A DNA stretch of 64,000 nucleotides from Octopus vulgaris (GCA_951406725.2 OX597817.1:139686001-139750000); one strand, 5' to 3'. Numbered from the stretch's first letter, positions 49,088-63,420 are shown. A program made the numbers and translations. The notes: a model not told the origin generated them from the letters alone.

Positions 49088-51387
49088 TTATCTTGCAAGA
49101 AGTTGTATATAATGGGATAGAGAGCTGAAGAGAGTTGCTACTCAGGGGGAGATAATCATTTCTAAACCTGTCCTTCTGTATATATAGTGAAAGGCTTCAA
49201 GAAAAAAATTCCATGTGGCGAATAGTTATACACACACACACATGCTGTTTTATTAAATGAGAGCCCTTAGAGTGAGAACATAGATGGAAATTGTCTAAAT
49301 GAATGAATACAGTTCTTGAGAAGACTAGTGCTTGAAATAAATTTTGCATTTCTTCAGCTGCACCCCATCTTTCAGTGTAGCTTTAGAATATCTCTACAAT
49401 CCATTCAGCAGAGAAACGTAAATTTGAAAGAGAAAAAATAAGAACTTCCATTTGGCTCAGTGTCTATAGACAAGGTGGAGGGGAAATATAGAACCTGTTT
49501 TAGTTGATGGAATTATAAAATTCTTTTTCTTTGGTTGAGAACATAAAATATAGTCTGAGGGGCATTGTTTTGGCCAATTAGAACCAATTTTACTCAAGCG
49601 CCAGTTCTAAATGCATGCTGGTGATATATATTTTACAGTATCAGCGCCACCTTGACTGGCTTCCATGCTGGTGGCACGTAAAAAGCACCAACTGATCGTG
49701 GCCGTTGCCAGCCTCCCCTGGCACGTAAAAAGCATTCACTACATTCATGGAGTGGTTGGCATTAGGAAGGGCATCCAGCAGTAGAAACACTGCCAGAGCA
49801 GACTGGAGCCTGGTGCAGCCTCCTAGCTTCCCAGACCCCGGTCGAACCGTCCAACCCATGCTAGCATGGAAAACGGACGTTAAACGATGATGATGAGTAT
49901 ATTTCAAAATTGATGTTTTTTTTTAAATATAAAATTGAACTGACAACTGTCATTCACCACATGTTGATACTGCTATACTAAGTCACAGAGGGTTGAATCT
50001 AATTTCCAAGGGGACAGCAGAGAGACAATCAGTGAGCCATTATTCCCTTAACTGGTCATCCAAGATTTTATTGATTCCATTAGTTCAATTTTATTAATAC
50101 TGCTATTACAAAATTTTGAATTTAAAAGAGCCAGCCTTGTCACACTCTGTGTCATGCTGAGTCCCCTTGAGAACTATGTTAACGGTACATATGTCTGTGG
50201 AGTACTCAGCCACTTGCCCATTAATTTCATGAACAGGCTAATTCTGCTGATTGAATCAATTGAAACATTCATCGTAACCGACAAAGAGCCAGACCATTGC
50301 AAAACTTTACGTTTGCTGTTTCCTGTGGACACTTTTCAGATGGTTGTATATTCCCACCCCGCTTTTTTTCAGTCTTATCAGTCTTGTAACAGTCAACTAT
50401 AATGTTAAACCTTTTCAGTTCCAGGTTACAGTTAATGTTTTCCATCCAGTATTTTGGTCATTGAGGGCAAATACCCTCTACTTAGAATATGATTCTTTTA
50501 TTCATAAAAGTCCCCTTAAACCATATCAATAAGACAATCCCTAAATATTCATTTTTCTTTTGATCCAAAACATCCAATTATACTTCACAATCCAAACTTT
50601 CACTTTTATTTGAATTCATTTCCAAGAATATTAACTCCATATCCATAATCAACTTGTAGATTTATGAAATGTTTCACTTATGTTGTATTTTTTCAACCCT
50701 TATCTTTGTAGATTGGAACAGAAAGTCAACTTTTTGCCACTTTTACAAAAAGATATTTCCAGATCAACTTGGTAACTGCACCTTAGTCTTGCATTTGAGC
50801 ACCATGCCATTTTGTTTCCATAGTTGTGTTGATAGATCTAGCATTTTCACTAAATCCTTTTCCATGAGTTAAACCCAGTTTGGGAATCCCAGCATGCAAG
50901 GCTGTAGTTCTCTGAAAAGTTTTGTATTTGTTTGCCAACTAATATTGTTTACGTTTTTCTTTTGTCAGCACAGTTAATTATGGTTTAATTATCCATTCTT
51001 AATTTTACTTATGATTAAAAAACAACAACAATTTACTATATCGTTCTTCTTGGCATTGAGATGTCAGTTCAAATAATGGCTCCATATTGGTAATTAGCCA
51101 TTATCAGTCATTTTTATAGAATCATTGAACAAACAATCTAAGGAGTCTTTATGTAAAATATATTGAAAGTATTCCTGTCCATAGAAATGCTTCTGTTTCT
51201 GTTAAAGAATTTGGTTACTCAAGTGGAACCATAACTTACAGAATGAACACTTTGTATTTGGTTCTCAATATTTGCTGATTATGATGGAAGGGTTGTGTCT
51301 TTTAGTGAAGGTGAAACTGTGAGCTGCTTTTTCAAAATTTGCAGGAATGCAAATCCCAGAAGTGCGTATTATTTAATTTTCACTGCT

Positions 51388-52030
51388 TTACCATTCCATA
51401 TTCTGCAACAACAATCAGTCTGGCATTGTTTCGCATACTGTTCTACCATCAATCTACCATTCCACATTTACCACTATTATTGACTAGCCATTCCATATTT
51501 TCTTCTACCATCAATCTACCATTATAAATCTACCATATCCTGTTCTACTGTTGATCATCCATTTCATATCCCATTCTATCATTGATTACCATTCTATATC
51601 TTCCTTTACCATCAACCTACCGATGCCTATCCTCTTCTACCATCAATCTACCATTCTATATCTTGATATAACACTGATCTACCACTCCATATTTTCCTCT
51701 ACCATTCCATATCCTATTCTACCATTGACTGATCTACCATTGTGTATCTCATTCTGCTAGCATCTTGTCATTCCATATCTTCCTATACAATCAGTTAAGC
51801 ATTGCATATCCTCTCCCGCTGATCTCCCATTCCATATTCTATCATTGATCAACTATTGTGTTTCCTGCTCTACCATAGATTACCATTCCATATCCTCTTC
51901 TACCATCAATCTCCTATTCCATATCCTGTTCTTCCATCAGTCTATCATTTCATATCCTGTTTTATCATTGATTTACCATTCCATATCTTCTTCTACCACC
52001 AATCTACCGTTCTATATCCTGCTTTACCAT
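51388..52030. repeat. Degenerate ~32-bp minisatellite
   Basis: Repeating TTCTACCATCAATCTACCATTCCATATCC-like unit; source of the spurious ORFs there. Confidence 0.85.
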
Positions 52031-53264
52031 TGAGGAATTTAAGTCATTGACATTCTGCTTGAATGTGTGAAGGTCAATGGCTGTGGGAAATAATGTTTTG
52101 GGAAGGAGAAGATGGGTGAAGTAAATTGTCTGGTGGACTTTGTTATTAATTAGTCTGGGGTGAATTAATTAGCTTGGAAGTTCGTTTTAATTGGTCTGTC
52201 TGTACATGCTTTCAGTGAACTAATTTGCTCTTGCTTCAAATCAATTATATCATCACCATCGTCATCATCTTAACGACCACTTTTCCAGGCTTACATGGAT
52301 TGAATGAAATTCCCTGGGGTGGATTTTCTTTGGCCAGATATCCTTCCTGCTACTTAACCCACTCAGTTCCAAGGGATTTACTATTTCCTTCATGGCCAGT
52401 CATGTTTTCATGTAAGATTAGAAGCAAAGGACACTTCTTGTAAGATGATGACACTCATTTACGACTGCCACTTGATGTCAGGATGGAGAAACAGCAATAT
52501 ATGGATATATGCGTGTGTGTGTGTGTAATCACTGCATTCACCCTTACACTCATCGCTAACTATTTGTTACTTTCCTCCCACCCTCTTATCAAATTACATG
52601 CCCCTCCCACTCCTCCTAGTTCTCTCTCCATATTCTTTTACTCACCTCCTTGTCTCTTGAGAGTTTGTGGGGTAACCATGTATCTCCTCTCTAGCCAATC
52701 ATACTTTGACCTTTCACCTCCTGGCATGAGGCCGCCTCTCCTATTCACTTGATGAAGATTTTTCCCTTGTTTGTCTTCTGAATTACTTGGTCACCTCACC
52801 AGTTCTGGTGCCACATAAAAGGCACCCAGCACATTCTTTACATCCAGCCATGGAAACTATGGCCAAAGCAGACATTGGAGCTTGATGCAGTCCTGTAGCT
52901 CATCAGATCATGTCAAACTGTCCAACCCATGTCAGCTTGGGACATAGATATTAAATGCTAATGATATATGTAGGGCTTCTTTCAGTTTCCCTCAGCCAAA
53001 TTATATGCTCAAGCCTTTGATGGGCCTGAGGCTATCATAAAAAAAAAACAATGTAGACTGTGGTTAGGAAACAAACTTAACCATGATAATTATTCTATCA
53101 TGTAGGTTATTTTTCTAAGCTGAATTCTAGGTTTATTTTCGTGGTCTTTGAGGTCCACTTCATCACTCTCTGATATAAAACTAAATATTTATTAAACTAT
53201 TTTATGGCTTTGTGAAGCTTCTTTTGAAATTTCCTATAGAAAAGTTGTTGCTGTTCTTGTCATT

Positions 53265-53730
53265 TTCAATTCAATTCAATTTCAATTGGCTCAAAAAGCA
53301 AAAGCAAGGCCATGTAGGGGGACAGGGAGTTATGTACAGGGAGGGTGGTCATACAAAAAGTTCAGACCATTTCTGGTCAAGAGAGACTTTGAACCGAGCG
53401 GTCATCGGCATCTTCACTATCTCGTCCGGCAGCTTATTCCACGGATCCGCAACCCGGACAGAGAAAGCCCCTCTCCTTCGATTGAGATGAAATTGTCGTA
53501 GATAGAGCTTTTCAGAGTGACTCCGCAGCCCACGCTCTGGAGCAGGAGTGAAGAACAGCTCTTTTGAGTGGTTACACTTTCCGCTTATGATGTTGTGAGC
53601 GAGAATGAGATCACTACAGTGTCGTCGTTTTTCCAGAGAATAAAGGTCGAGCGTCTTCAGCCTTTCTTCATAAGACAAATGCTTGAGACCAAGAACCATG
53701 CGGGTAGCCAGCTTCTGGACTCTTTTGGGA
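53265..53730 (-). mobile_element. CR1-clade LINE 3' fragment
   Basis: RVQKLATRMV...LSYEERLKTLDLYSLEKRR...FSVRVADPWNKLP...FKVSLD, short 3' UTR and (TTGAA)n tail. Confidence 0.92.
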
Positions 53731-54326
53731 TGATGATTTATTCCCCCTCCCATTACCAGAAGAGGAAGAAATGCTCTTTAGCCAGAGAAAGTATAGTTGT
53801 TGTTGTTGTTTGGTTTCATAACGCATGGTGGTTGTTTAAGCATCAAAGCTGTAGTTGTTAGTTTCATCCGAAAAGATGTAGATTTTGTTGTTCAGTTTCA
53901 TGAAATGTAGTTGTTTTTGTTGCCATTTGGTCCCAAAAGATGTTGGTTCAGTCCCAAAAGCCTGGTTATTGTTGTTGTTGTTGTTCTTTAGTCCTGTAAG
54001 GTACAAAACTCCCATCGATAAATATAATTTTATACATTTTCATTAATTCAATATTTATTCTGTTTATTGTTTTTTTTTTGTTTGTTGAATTTCTTTCGTC
54101 TGGTTCAGTTATTTTTATGGTTTCAGAATAACAAAGCACCTTTTTTTTCTTTTTTGAAAATTTTTATTAAATCAATTAGAAATCTCTGTTTTATGGATAG
54201 ATTCCTCTTTGCAAAGATGATTATTCTTACAGGATTAATTTCAGCACTTTCATTATGTTGCACACACATAAATACACACACACACTTGTATACACACATT
54301 TACACACACACACATGCACACACACA

Positions 54327-54365
<39 letters not shown>

Positions 54366-55683
54366 TGCATGAATGCATGCCTGCATGAACACACAATGTT
54401 ACACGCACACTCACACCCTCTGTGATTAAACAGAATTCTTGTACATGTTTATTAAAAGACACCTGAGAATTACCTGAAGGGAAGTAAGCACACAGGTGTT
54501 AGTAGAAGCCAGTGCTGATTAAATGCAGTGTATGTTTCATGGCTAGGGAATTCCTATCTTCTGCTGCTTTGCATGGAATTATTGACAACATCAAATGTCA
54601 GTCTTCCGCATTTTATAACTGAAATGGAAATACTGTTCTGCTGAATACAGTTTGCTCCTTGCTCAGACACATAAGGTGTAAACCTTTTCTTTTTTAGTGA
54701 CTCTCTTGATGTCCTGTGTATGGCTTTAAACTGCATCCAGTTGTGGGGCCCTGGTTTTGAAGTTCCAGGGTTTTGGGGAGTGAGGAACCACCCCTTAGCT
54801 CCCTATTGCTCCCATGTCTACTCTGACCTGGAGCAGTAGCACCTGTCAGAATCTCAGCTATGGGTTAATTAGCATCTCATAGAATTAGCTCTGGAAGAAG
54901 GTCATTCAGAGGCCCACTCCCTCAACAGGCCCCAGGACAGATGCGGCCCTTCAGCTCTTTAGTTGCTCATCAAAGAGAAGGTCACTCCATAGAAATCCTG
55001 CATGTTGATATCTACTGGGCTTGTGGTTCCTGATGCTGTATGAGACCACTGCAAGTTTGAAGGACGAGAGAGTAGGACTGGCACTGCACTACAATAATAT
55101 TTCTTGCATAGGTTGTTCAGCAAACTCCATCACAGTTTCTTCATAAGTCCAGTGGCAATAGGGGAAGAGGTGAGTAGAATTTGTTGAAGGAGCTACTGGA
55201 AGTCTTCAGTTTTGATCCTGCAGACAGGTGGCCACAGGGTGATGGTCATTTCCCCATACTTCTACACTGTACAGTTGTGTCTTGCTGAAACAACAGAGTC
55301 CAGCATTTCCTACTTGATGGTCAAATGGTTTATGGTGATCATATCTTCACCATTTATATATACATGTCTAGTACCCTTCTACATACGTGTATGTATATGG
55401 GATCTTGTACATTTTGCAAATTCATCTGTTCTACAGTTTTGTATTTGTATCTAGGGCATTTTATTCTCAATAGATGCTTGTGAACTCTTAAAGCATCCAG
55501 GAATTCTACAACTTATTTTACTGGTATAATTACTAAAGTATGAACATATATATGTATATACCCAGCCAGATATTTGACTCACTCTCAAAGCAATTGCAGT
55601 TAATAAAATATGCAGTTAATAAAATATGTTCTGTTTTTATGCACAGAATTCTCTTTTCCCTGTTTTAAAACCCAAAATACATG

Positions 55684-55727
<44 letters not shown>

Positions 55728-56529
55728 AGAAAATAGAGATTGGGAAGTTAATTGTTTGTTATTAACAGCAAATTAATCATGATCCCTTACTGTTGTTTTG
55801 ATTAACACCCAGTAAATATTAAATTTACATGACCTGAACATAATATCTTCAGAGGGGAAAAAATATACCATTGGATGTTTTATATGTATTTATGGATTCA
55901 TTTTAGCAGACTGAATATAAATTTAATATTTACTGAGTATTAATTGAAACAGCTGTAAGGGATGATGATTAATTTCCTGTTAATAATAAATAATTATTAA
56001 CTTTCCAATCTCCATTTTCTTTTCCTTCTTTTATAAACTATGTTTTTATACCTTTTATTTTAAGGAAATTAATTCTCCCAAAATTCTAGGTATTGAACCA
56101 GTATTTCCTTGGATGAAACCATCCCTTCAGGAGGTTAACACAACCTCTTATCAAATTCAATATATATACATATATATATATATATAAAATCATCATTCTT
56201 TTAACATCTAATTTTCTGTGCCTGCATGGGTCAGAGGTTATGTCAGAGCAGAATTTTCTACAACCAGATACCATTCCTGTCACCAGCCAAGTGATAATTT
56301 TTCAGTCTATTGAACAACAAATGGCCCAGACGTGATTACATGGAGAATTGGAAGTAAACAACATCAAAATAAGCCATTTTTTGTTTGCAAAGAGTCAGCC
56401 TGTCAAAAAATCCCAGACATGCTTTCACAAGTGAGCTGCAAGAAAATGACAGCGTCTGTGAGGTCATTGTTTAGAACCAGTGACCAACGAAAATAGGAAA
56501 TCACTCACATGCTCTCTCTCTCTTATATA

Positions 56530-56572
<43 letters not shown>

Positions 56573-57090
56573 TACATGTATGACAGGCTTTTGCCGTTTC
56601 CTTCTTTCAAATCCAAGAAAGAGACTCTTGTCTAAGGTGCCACACTCTTGTCATACGGGACCTGAAACCATGTATAGCTGCAAGTTGGGATATATATATA
56701 TTCAAATCTATATATCTATATATATGCTGGTTGGTTTTTACATGTCACCAGCATGTAAAAAGCACCCAGCACACTATGTAAGGTGGTTGGTGTTATTAGG
56801 ATGGGCTTCCAGCTGTAGAAACCATGCCTCATCAGACAATTGGAGCCTAGACAGCTCTCTGGCTGGTCAGCACCTGTCAAACCATCCTACCCATGCCAGC
56901 GTGGAACCCACTTTTCAGTGCAATCAAGCTACAGAGGAAGCAGTGGCACAAAACGTTGAGATGACCAGAAACCAACAACAACACACACACACAAATAAGG
57001 GATTTTTTAAATATTTCACACTTCTTTGAAAGCACTGAGTTACCGGAAGCATTGTTTAACAGGAAGTGTAAAAAAAAATTCAGTTTGTAG

Positions 57091-57218
<128 letters not shown>

Positions 57219-57521
57219 ATGGATACCTTCACAAAGTTTCTGTTTATCAAACTAATTCCCAAAGCTTTGGCTAGCTGAAGCCTACTATAGAAGGTACTTG
57301 ATAAGGGTATCCTATGCTGGGACTGAACATGAAACCTCTTCATTGAGAAGTGAGGAAAGACTAATTTTAAAAATGATTAAAATAAATTTGCCTTTGAGTT
57401 ATTGATTTATTTTGAAGCATATTTCAGTGAAGTGTTTTGTTGAATGTTAACTAATACAAGCTGTGCTGTTTCAGTTATTCAAGCCAATTGATTAATAATA
57501 ATCTGTCATCTCTCCATGCAG

Positions 57522-57563
57522 TGTCATAGCTGTTCCCAAGCCTCCAATTGTTAATAATCACCG
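57522..57563 (+). CDS. Candidate SNX14 cassette exon, 42 nt (VIAVPKPPIVNNH-R)
   Basis: ctctccatgcag acceptor, CG|gtaata donor, open frame, phase 2 to 2 so compatible with exon 17; lies in unique sequence. No homology support. Confidence 0.4.
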
Positions 57564-58394
57564 GTAATATTTTCATCTTTAAATGATGTTGTGTTATCGA
57601 TGTTGTAGTAATGTGTTCAGTATTTGTTTGTCAACGTTAAACATTTCTTTTGGTTGCTATTGTTGTGTTGCTGTCACTTATAAGCATTTCACGATTAGAA
57701 ATTCTTTGAATTCGTTTTTACCTTAGCTAACTATATACAGGTCATCCCACAAGAAAATCAGCATTTAAACCTGTTTATAGTTGAAAACCCGATACACTGA
57801 AGAGACACATGCCATGTAATAATCTTAGTTTATAAATAGATAAATTTAATAATAATAATTATCATAATCATAATAATAATAATAATAATAATAATAATAG
57901 TAATAACAATTGTTTATGATTTTGGCTGAAGGCCAGCAATGGTAAGTCATTTGTCTGAATTGTGATGCTCAAATGCTACTTATTTTATTGACCTTGAAAA
58001 GATTAAAGGCAAAGCTGACCTTGGTGGAATTTGAACTCAGAATGTAAAGAGCCAGCAGAAATGCTGCTAAGCCTTTTGCCTGGCATGCTGCCCATTCTGC
58101 CAGCTTAACAAGATGAAGAATGAGGTTACATGTTGTGGAAGTTTATTTGAAATCCAATATTATACAAAAGAGATCATTGATTTGACAAAGAGTGGGGTAA
58201 AAACATTTCCCTTTTTGCATCCAAGAATAAGATATTGATTTGATGAATTTCTTCAAATTTCTGGAATGGAAATATCTGATGATCTTTGTTGATCTGTAAA
58301 ATACATCCAAACCTGAAAGAGCAAAATGAAAATTGAGAAAGTTTTGACTGAACTGTTTTCTGCCATCCAACATTTGCTGTAGTTCTATTGTCAC

Positions 58395-58750
58395 CATTCC
58401 TTATGTTGCTATCATGGCCTGTGTTCTACATTTATTATAGCCATGTTGCAATCCCGCTTTGTGCTGCTATCTTGCTTTGTGTTGCTATCATCTCTTGAGT
58501 TACTATCATATTTTCTATAATACATTTACGATAACCATATTGCTATCATGCTTTCTGTTGCTATTATATCTTGTGTGATGTACTTTCAGTATAGTCATGT
58601 TGCCATCATGTTTTATGTTGTACAATATTTGCCACTCCAAGACTGTCGGTCACTCAAGCCATGTTGCTATCAAGTTTGGTGCTCTGCTAGGATTCACTCT
58701 GTTTCTGTTAATATGACATTTTCACTCTTGCAATGTTGCTTTTATGCTAG
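58395..58750. repeat. Degenerate short-period tandem repeat
   Basis: Recurrent TGTTGCTATCAT motif. Confidence 0.6.
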
Positions 58751-61636
58751 ACTCTGTCTTAAAGATTCTGCATTACAATGTCTGAAGACCAGAACCAGTC
58801 AGTTTAGACCAATTTAAATTCTATAAAAGAACTCCTCATAAATCACTGGTGAAAATCTCCCATTGAGTCTATTGATTTTTATTTATTCCATTTTCTTTCT
58901 TTCTTCTGCTACTCCTTTTCTACAAGACTCTTAATCTCTATACATGACTGTCATATCGAAAGTGATTAGAAAGAAATTCAATTTCATTCATTTGAATGCT
59001 TCATGAGATTCCACTGCTTCTATATCACACACACACACACGTGTGTGTGTGTGTGTGTGTGTCTTTAAAACTTCCTAATTTCAAATTTCAAAATGCAGTT
59101 GCTTCCTGCTGAAGGAGAGTTAGTTCAAATGCACTTTTCATGAAGAATTCAATATGTAGGTCATGATTGATTTGCACAGCCATTGCGGTCATTGTTTATA
59201 TAGGTCCCTGGGGGAGTGACCAAAGCCATAACAGCTTCTAGAATTTGTAGCAGGGATGGTGGTGGGGGATAACAGATATTGATACAATTGGTCTTATGAT
59301 TCAATTATTGCCATGTCTAAGGTTGCAGTGGGAACTTTGGAGCTCTGAAGAGATATGATTGTCTTAAGTATTTAGTAGAGGTCCTGGTTGGATGGGATAC
59401 TGTAATACAATACTTGGTTATTTTACTATGTAATTTTGAAAATAGGGTGACACTCCATCCTTAAGTTTATTTCATTGAATAATTGTTTTTATAAGTATAA
59501 TAATCTACAATATAGGAACTTAGAATGTGGTGACTTCTCATCTTTGAGTAACCCTAAACAAAACCTCAATAATTCATATTTGTGCTGAAAGGTTTTCCAA
59601 ACTTTTATTTAAAAGAATTTTATTACAGAGTTTGACTTTCTGTTGTTTGAAACCTACAAATCAAATGACTTTTTTTTTAAAGAAAAGTTGTAATAAAATA
59701 TTTAGAGGAATGTGTGTGTGTGTGTGTGTGTGTGGGGACTGTTAAAAAATTCACATTTAAATAAACAAGTGCCTTGTTAGCTAATGCTCAAATGAAAACT
59801 TAGAAACTTTATTATGTTAATCTAATCCTTTACTATAGATGTCTCTGAATCAGTCTGCATTTTCAATATACAGTATTTATCTGGATTCTACTGTGAAAAT
59901 GAACATGTTGTATATTCTGTAAAACAGTTCAAATGTGTTAAGTTATTTATTTAAAAATTTTATAAATTATTTAAATCATTCTTACAAAAATATTATACAA
60001 TTTATATTATTGAAATGAAAATATCATTCAATGTCCATTTCCATATTGGAATGGCCTGGACAGTTTGACAAGATCTGAAGTGTTCAAAGATTGCGTGAAG
60101 TTCTAGTGTTTGCTTCGTTTGGCATGGTTTTTATGGATGGATAGTCTTCTTAATGCCTACCATGCTGTTATTTGCATTGGTTGAGGTTGCCATGCAGCCT
60201 GCAGGACTAAAATCCCCTTTGATGGGGGAGAGGGATGGAGGTGGCTTTATGCTAAGAGATGAGTGGGTAAAACGAGAGTGAGAGAGGGGGTGGGTGGGGT
60301 CAGAACAGAAGATGTTTGTAGTTGTAGAGGTACCACTTGGTTACTCACATGATAGAAGAGATGATGGGGTTGATTGGGGTGGAAGTGGAGAGATAAAAAT
60401 GATGGGGGTGGGTTGTGAGGGTGGAGAGTCAAGATACAGGGTGAAGAGAATTGAGTAAGGACAGGTGAAGAGGGAATTTGGGTGGGGAGAAGTTGTAAGA
60501 GGGGGGAGAGATGATGAGAGAGGGAATATGAAGAACATGTTAGTGTTATGGATTAAATTCCCTAAATTCTTATTTTTATTATTATTTACTTAAAATCTCA
60601 TCCACTCTTCTTTACATTTATTTCATTTATGGATATATAATGTCACTCACACACATATTGCTTTTGAAATTCTAGCATTCTGTGTTGCATGATATAACGA
60701 AATGCTTTGAGATGTTCTTGCTTTCTGCATTTTGGTTAGAAGAGCTGACATTTCTTTAAGTTTTTGGTTAATTCTCTTCTTCTAATTTAGTGTCACCATC
60801 AGAACCAACTTGAAATATTTCTCTCATTGTATCTCCTGCTTTACCTTTATTATTCATAGCCAACCAATTTCCAAATGCTTTTGTTTCAAGAATTGTCGTT
60901 TGTCAAAAGTTCTCTGTAATTGGCTTTCTTCTTTTTTTGCTACAGTTTTGAACACTCCTCTCTTAGATTTGCTCCCATGACATTGCTATCATATTCCATG
61001 CATCCAGAATGGAAATCCATTTTGGAATTCTCTGTCTTTGAATTCAATTAAAAATTCTTGTGCAAATTTGTCTTTGAGTAAACTTTTAATCCTTTAGCAT
61101 TCTGATTGCTTTGTCAAAATGTAATCCTTATTTATTCACATTGTTTTGAATTAATCCTGTATTATCTTGTAGCTTTGAAATTTGGAAGATGTGATTGTGC
61201 ATATTTAGAGTGACATTGTAGGCTAAATGTGAGAGTACATTATTTACATTTGACAGATAATTTGTCCTCATCTTCTTTGTTGTTAACATGTTTCGGCTGA
61301 TATACCCTCCAGCCTTCATCAGGTGTCTTGGGGAAATTTCGAACCTGGGTTCTCATTCCTAAGGTATTTTTCATTGTTGTTGCTGCTGCTACTGCTGCTG
61401 CTGCTGTTGTTGTTGTTGTTGTTGTTGTTAACCATTACACCACATGCCCATGGGCATATGTCCAGGCAGTGACCTGAATAATAATAATAATAATATCAAA
61501 AAATACCTTAGGAATGAGAACCCAGGTTTGAAATTTCTCCAAGACACCTGATGTAGGCTGGAGGGTATATCAGCCGAAACATTGTGTTAACAACAAACAA
61601 GATGATGACAAATATCCGTCAAATGTAAATAATATA

Positions 61637-62915
61637 TCAGGTCATCCCATAAGTTCTGTCTGAAATTTGAATAAAGAAAACAAGTGATCAAATGTTTTAT
61701 TTGATTGAAATTTAATCATCAATGTACTTTCCCTGATTATCTATGACTTCCTTCCATCTATTTACAAGCTTTTTAATCCCATCAATGTAAAACTCTTGGT
61801 TTCAAAGCGTAGAACTCTGAAATGTCAGTTTTGACCTCCTCCTGGCTTGCGAAAGTTACGTCCCCCAAATGCTTCTGTAAACAATGAAGCAAATGGTAGT
61901 CTGAAGGAGCAAGGTCGGGAAAATAAGGTGGATGAGGAATTTTTTCCCAACCAAGCTCTTCAATTTTCTGTGATGTGATCTTTGCAGTGAGGGGTCATGC
62001 ATTGTCCTGATGATACATCACTCCTTTTCGAATCACTAAAGTGGGTCTTTTTTCTTCAAAGCTTGGTTCAAATGCTCTAATTGCTGACAGTAGACTTGAG
62101 CATTGATTGTTGCATTAGGTGGTAACAATTCAAAGTGAATTACTCCTTTGCAATCCCACTAGATAGAGAGAACCTTTTTCCCATGAAGTTCCCTTCTCAG
62201 TTGTGGTTGAGCTTTTCCCCTTTTACCAAGCTACTGTTTACAACGTTTAACATTTCAATAGAAGATCCATTTTTCGTCACCAGTCACGAGTCTATCCAAA
62301 AAGGGTGAAATGAGTTTGCGAGAATGGAGAGAAGAGCAGATGTCAACTCGGGATTTGTGGTTGCTTTCGGACAATTCATGAGGCACATATTTTCCAAGTT
62401 TAGGAACCCTTCCAAGTTGTTGAAGATGACGAACAGTTGTATGGTTTGAACTAAACTTTATTGCCAATTCTTCACCTGATAATGCAGGATTTTCTTCAAG
62501 TAATGCCTCAAGGAACTTATCATCAAACTCAACTGGATGTCCTGTTTGATCTTCATCTTCAAGGCTGAAATCTCCACTCCTGAATTTTGCAAACCGTCTT
62601 CTGCAAGTTCTTTCATTCAAGCATTCTTTCCCATAAACTGAGTGTATGTTTTGAGTCGCTTCGGCTGCAGAGTTTCCTTTTTTGTACTCATAAAGCATTA
62701 TGTGCCTTAAATGCTCTTTGGATACTTCCATGTTAGAAAGGGTTTTAATCAAAGAAATTTTAATTCTATTATTCTGTAAAATAATATTTAATTAGTTTAA
62801 ATGTACACAAGTGCATAAAAATAATTTTTAATTCCATTAGACATTCTACAATACTATTAAATTTCATTCAATTTTAAAAAAGGTAAAATCGGACAGAACT
62901 TATGGGATGACCTGA
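61637..62915 (-). mobile_element. Full-length mariner transposon, transposase pseudogene
   Basis: TIRs TCAGGTCATCCCATAAGTTCTGTC / GACAGAACTTATGGGATGACCTGA with TA flanks; 1279 bp; ORF from 62731 (MEVSKEHLRHIMLYEY...YVPHEL...LVTGDEKWIFY*), later HPPYFPDLAPSDYHL and GKYIDD*. Confidence 0.96.
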
Positions 62916-62920
62916 TAAAT

Positions 62921-63040
62921 CATCGTCATCATCATCGTTTAACATCCGCTTTCCATGCTAGCATGGGTTGGACAATTTGACTGCTGTCTGGCAAACCAGA
63001 TGGCTGCACCAGGCTCCAATCTGATCTGGCAGAGTTTCTA
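62921..63040 (-). mobile_element. RTE 3' tail
   Basis: (CAT)n + conserved tail; flanked by GATAAAT direct repeat. Confidence 0.85.
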
Positions 63041-63420
63041 GATAAATAATGTACATAATTCCTCATCTCTTAAATATAGAAATGTATTAGATGTGAGTGG
63101 TTGAATGTGGCTAGCTTGAACACAGGATAGGTAGAATGTTTGGGTCAGAAATGGCTGGCGCAATTGCTGAATCTTGTATGATGCCTTGGTCACATGACTA
63201 ATTTAACAATACAACATTTGTCATCCTCCTCCTCCTCATCACTTTCCATTTACTTCCCATCCGGCATAGGTTGGGCAGATTGTCTGAATCAGTTCCCACT
63301 AGGAATTACTACTCTTAAACACAGTGATTGCATCTCATTTGTATGTTTTGTTTTCACAGTTTCTATGATTGGGTACCCTTCCTATCACCAACCACATTAC
63401 AATATACACTGGATATATAT

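Larger units (their letters stand above)
61235..63086. mobile_element. Second head-to-head palindrome of the tRNA/hammerhead element, interrupted by mariner and RTE tail
   Basis: Arms 61235-61375(-) and 61455-61634 + 63043-63086(+); centre GCCCATGGGC with truncated tRNA heads; hammerhead motifs at 61283-61327(-) and 61543-61588(+). Confidence 0.82.

Noticed and set aside
49358-49417. Alternative 60-nt phase 2/2 exon candidate (CTPSFSVALEYLYNPFSRE)
   Set aside because: Frame-compatible with ttcttcag and AC|gtaaat, but the donor is weak, there are competing internal AGs and no homology; such matches are expected by chance in 18 kb.
50440-50920. Possible decayed coding relic on the minus strand
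   Set aside because: No motif I can assign and multiple stops; left unannotated.
60946-61050. Strong pyrimidine tract + ctacag as next SNX14 exon
   Set aside because: The required frame reaches a stop with no credible donor and does not resemble the expected GISRIGSKIKGVFK-like segment.
62255-62752. SETMAR-like or domesticated transposase gene
   Set aside because: No SET domain; premature stop after DEKWIFY and frameshifts; bounded by TIRs and TA TSD, so a dead mariner.
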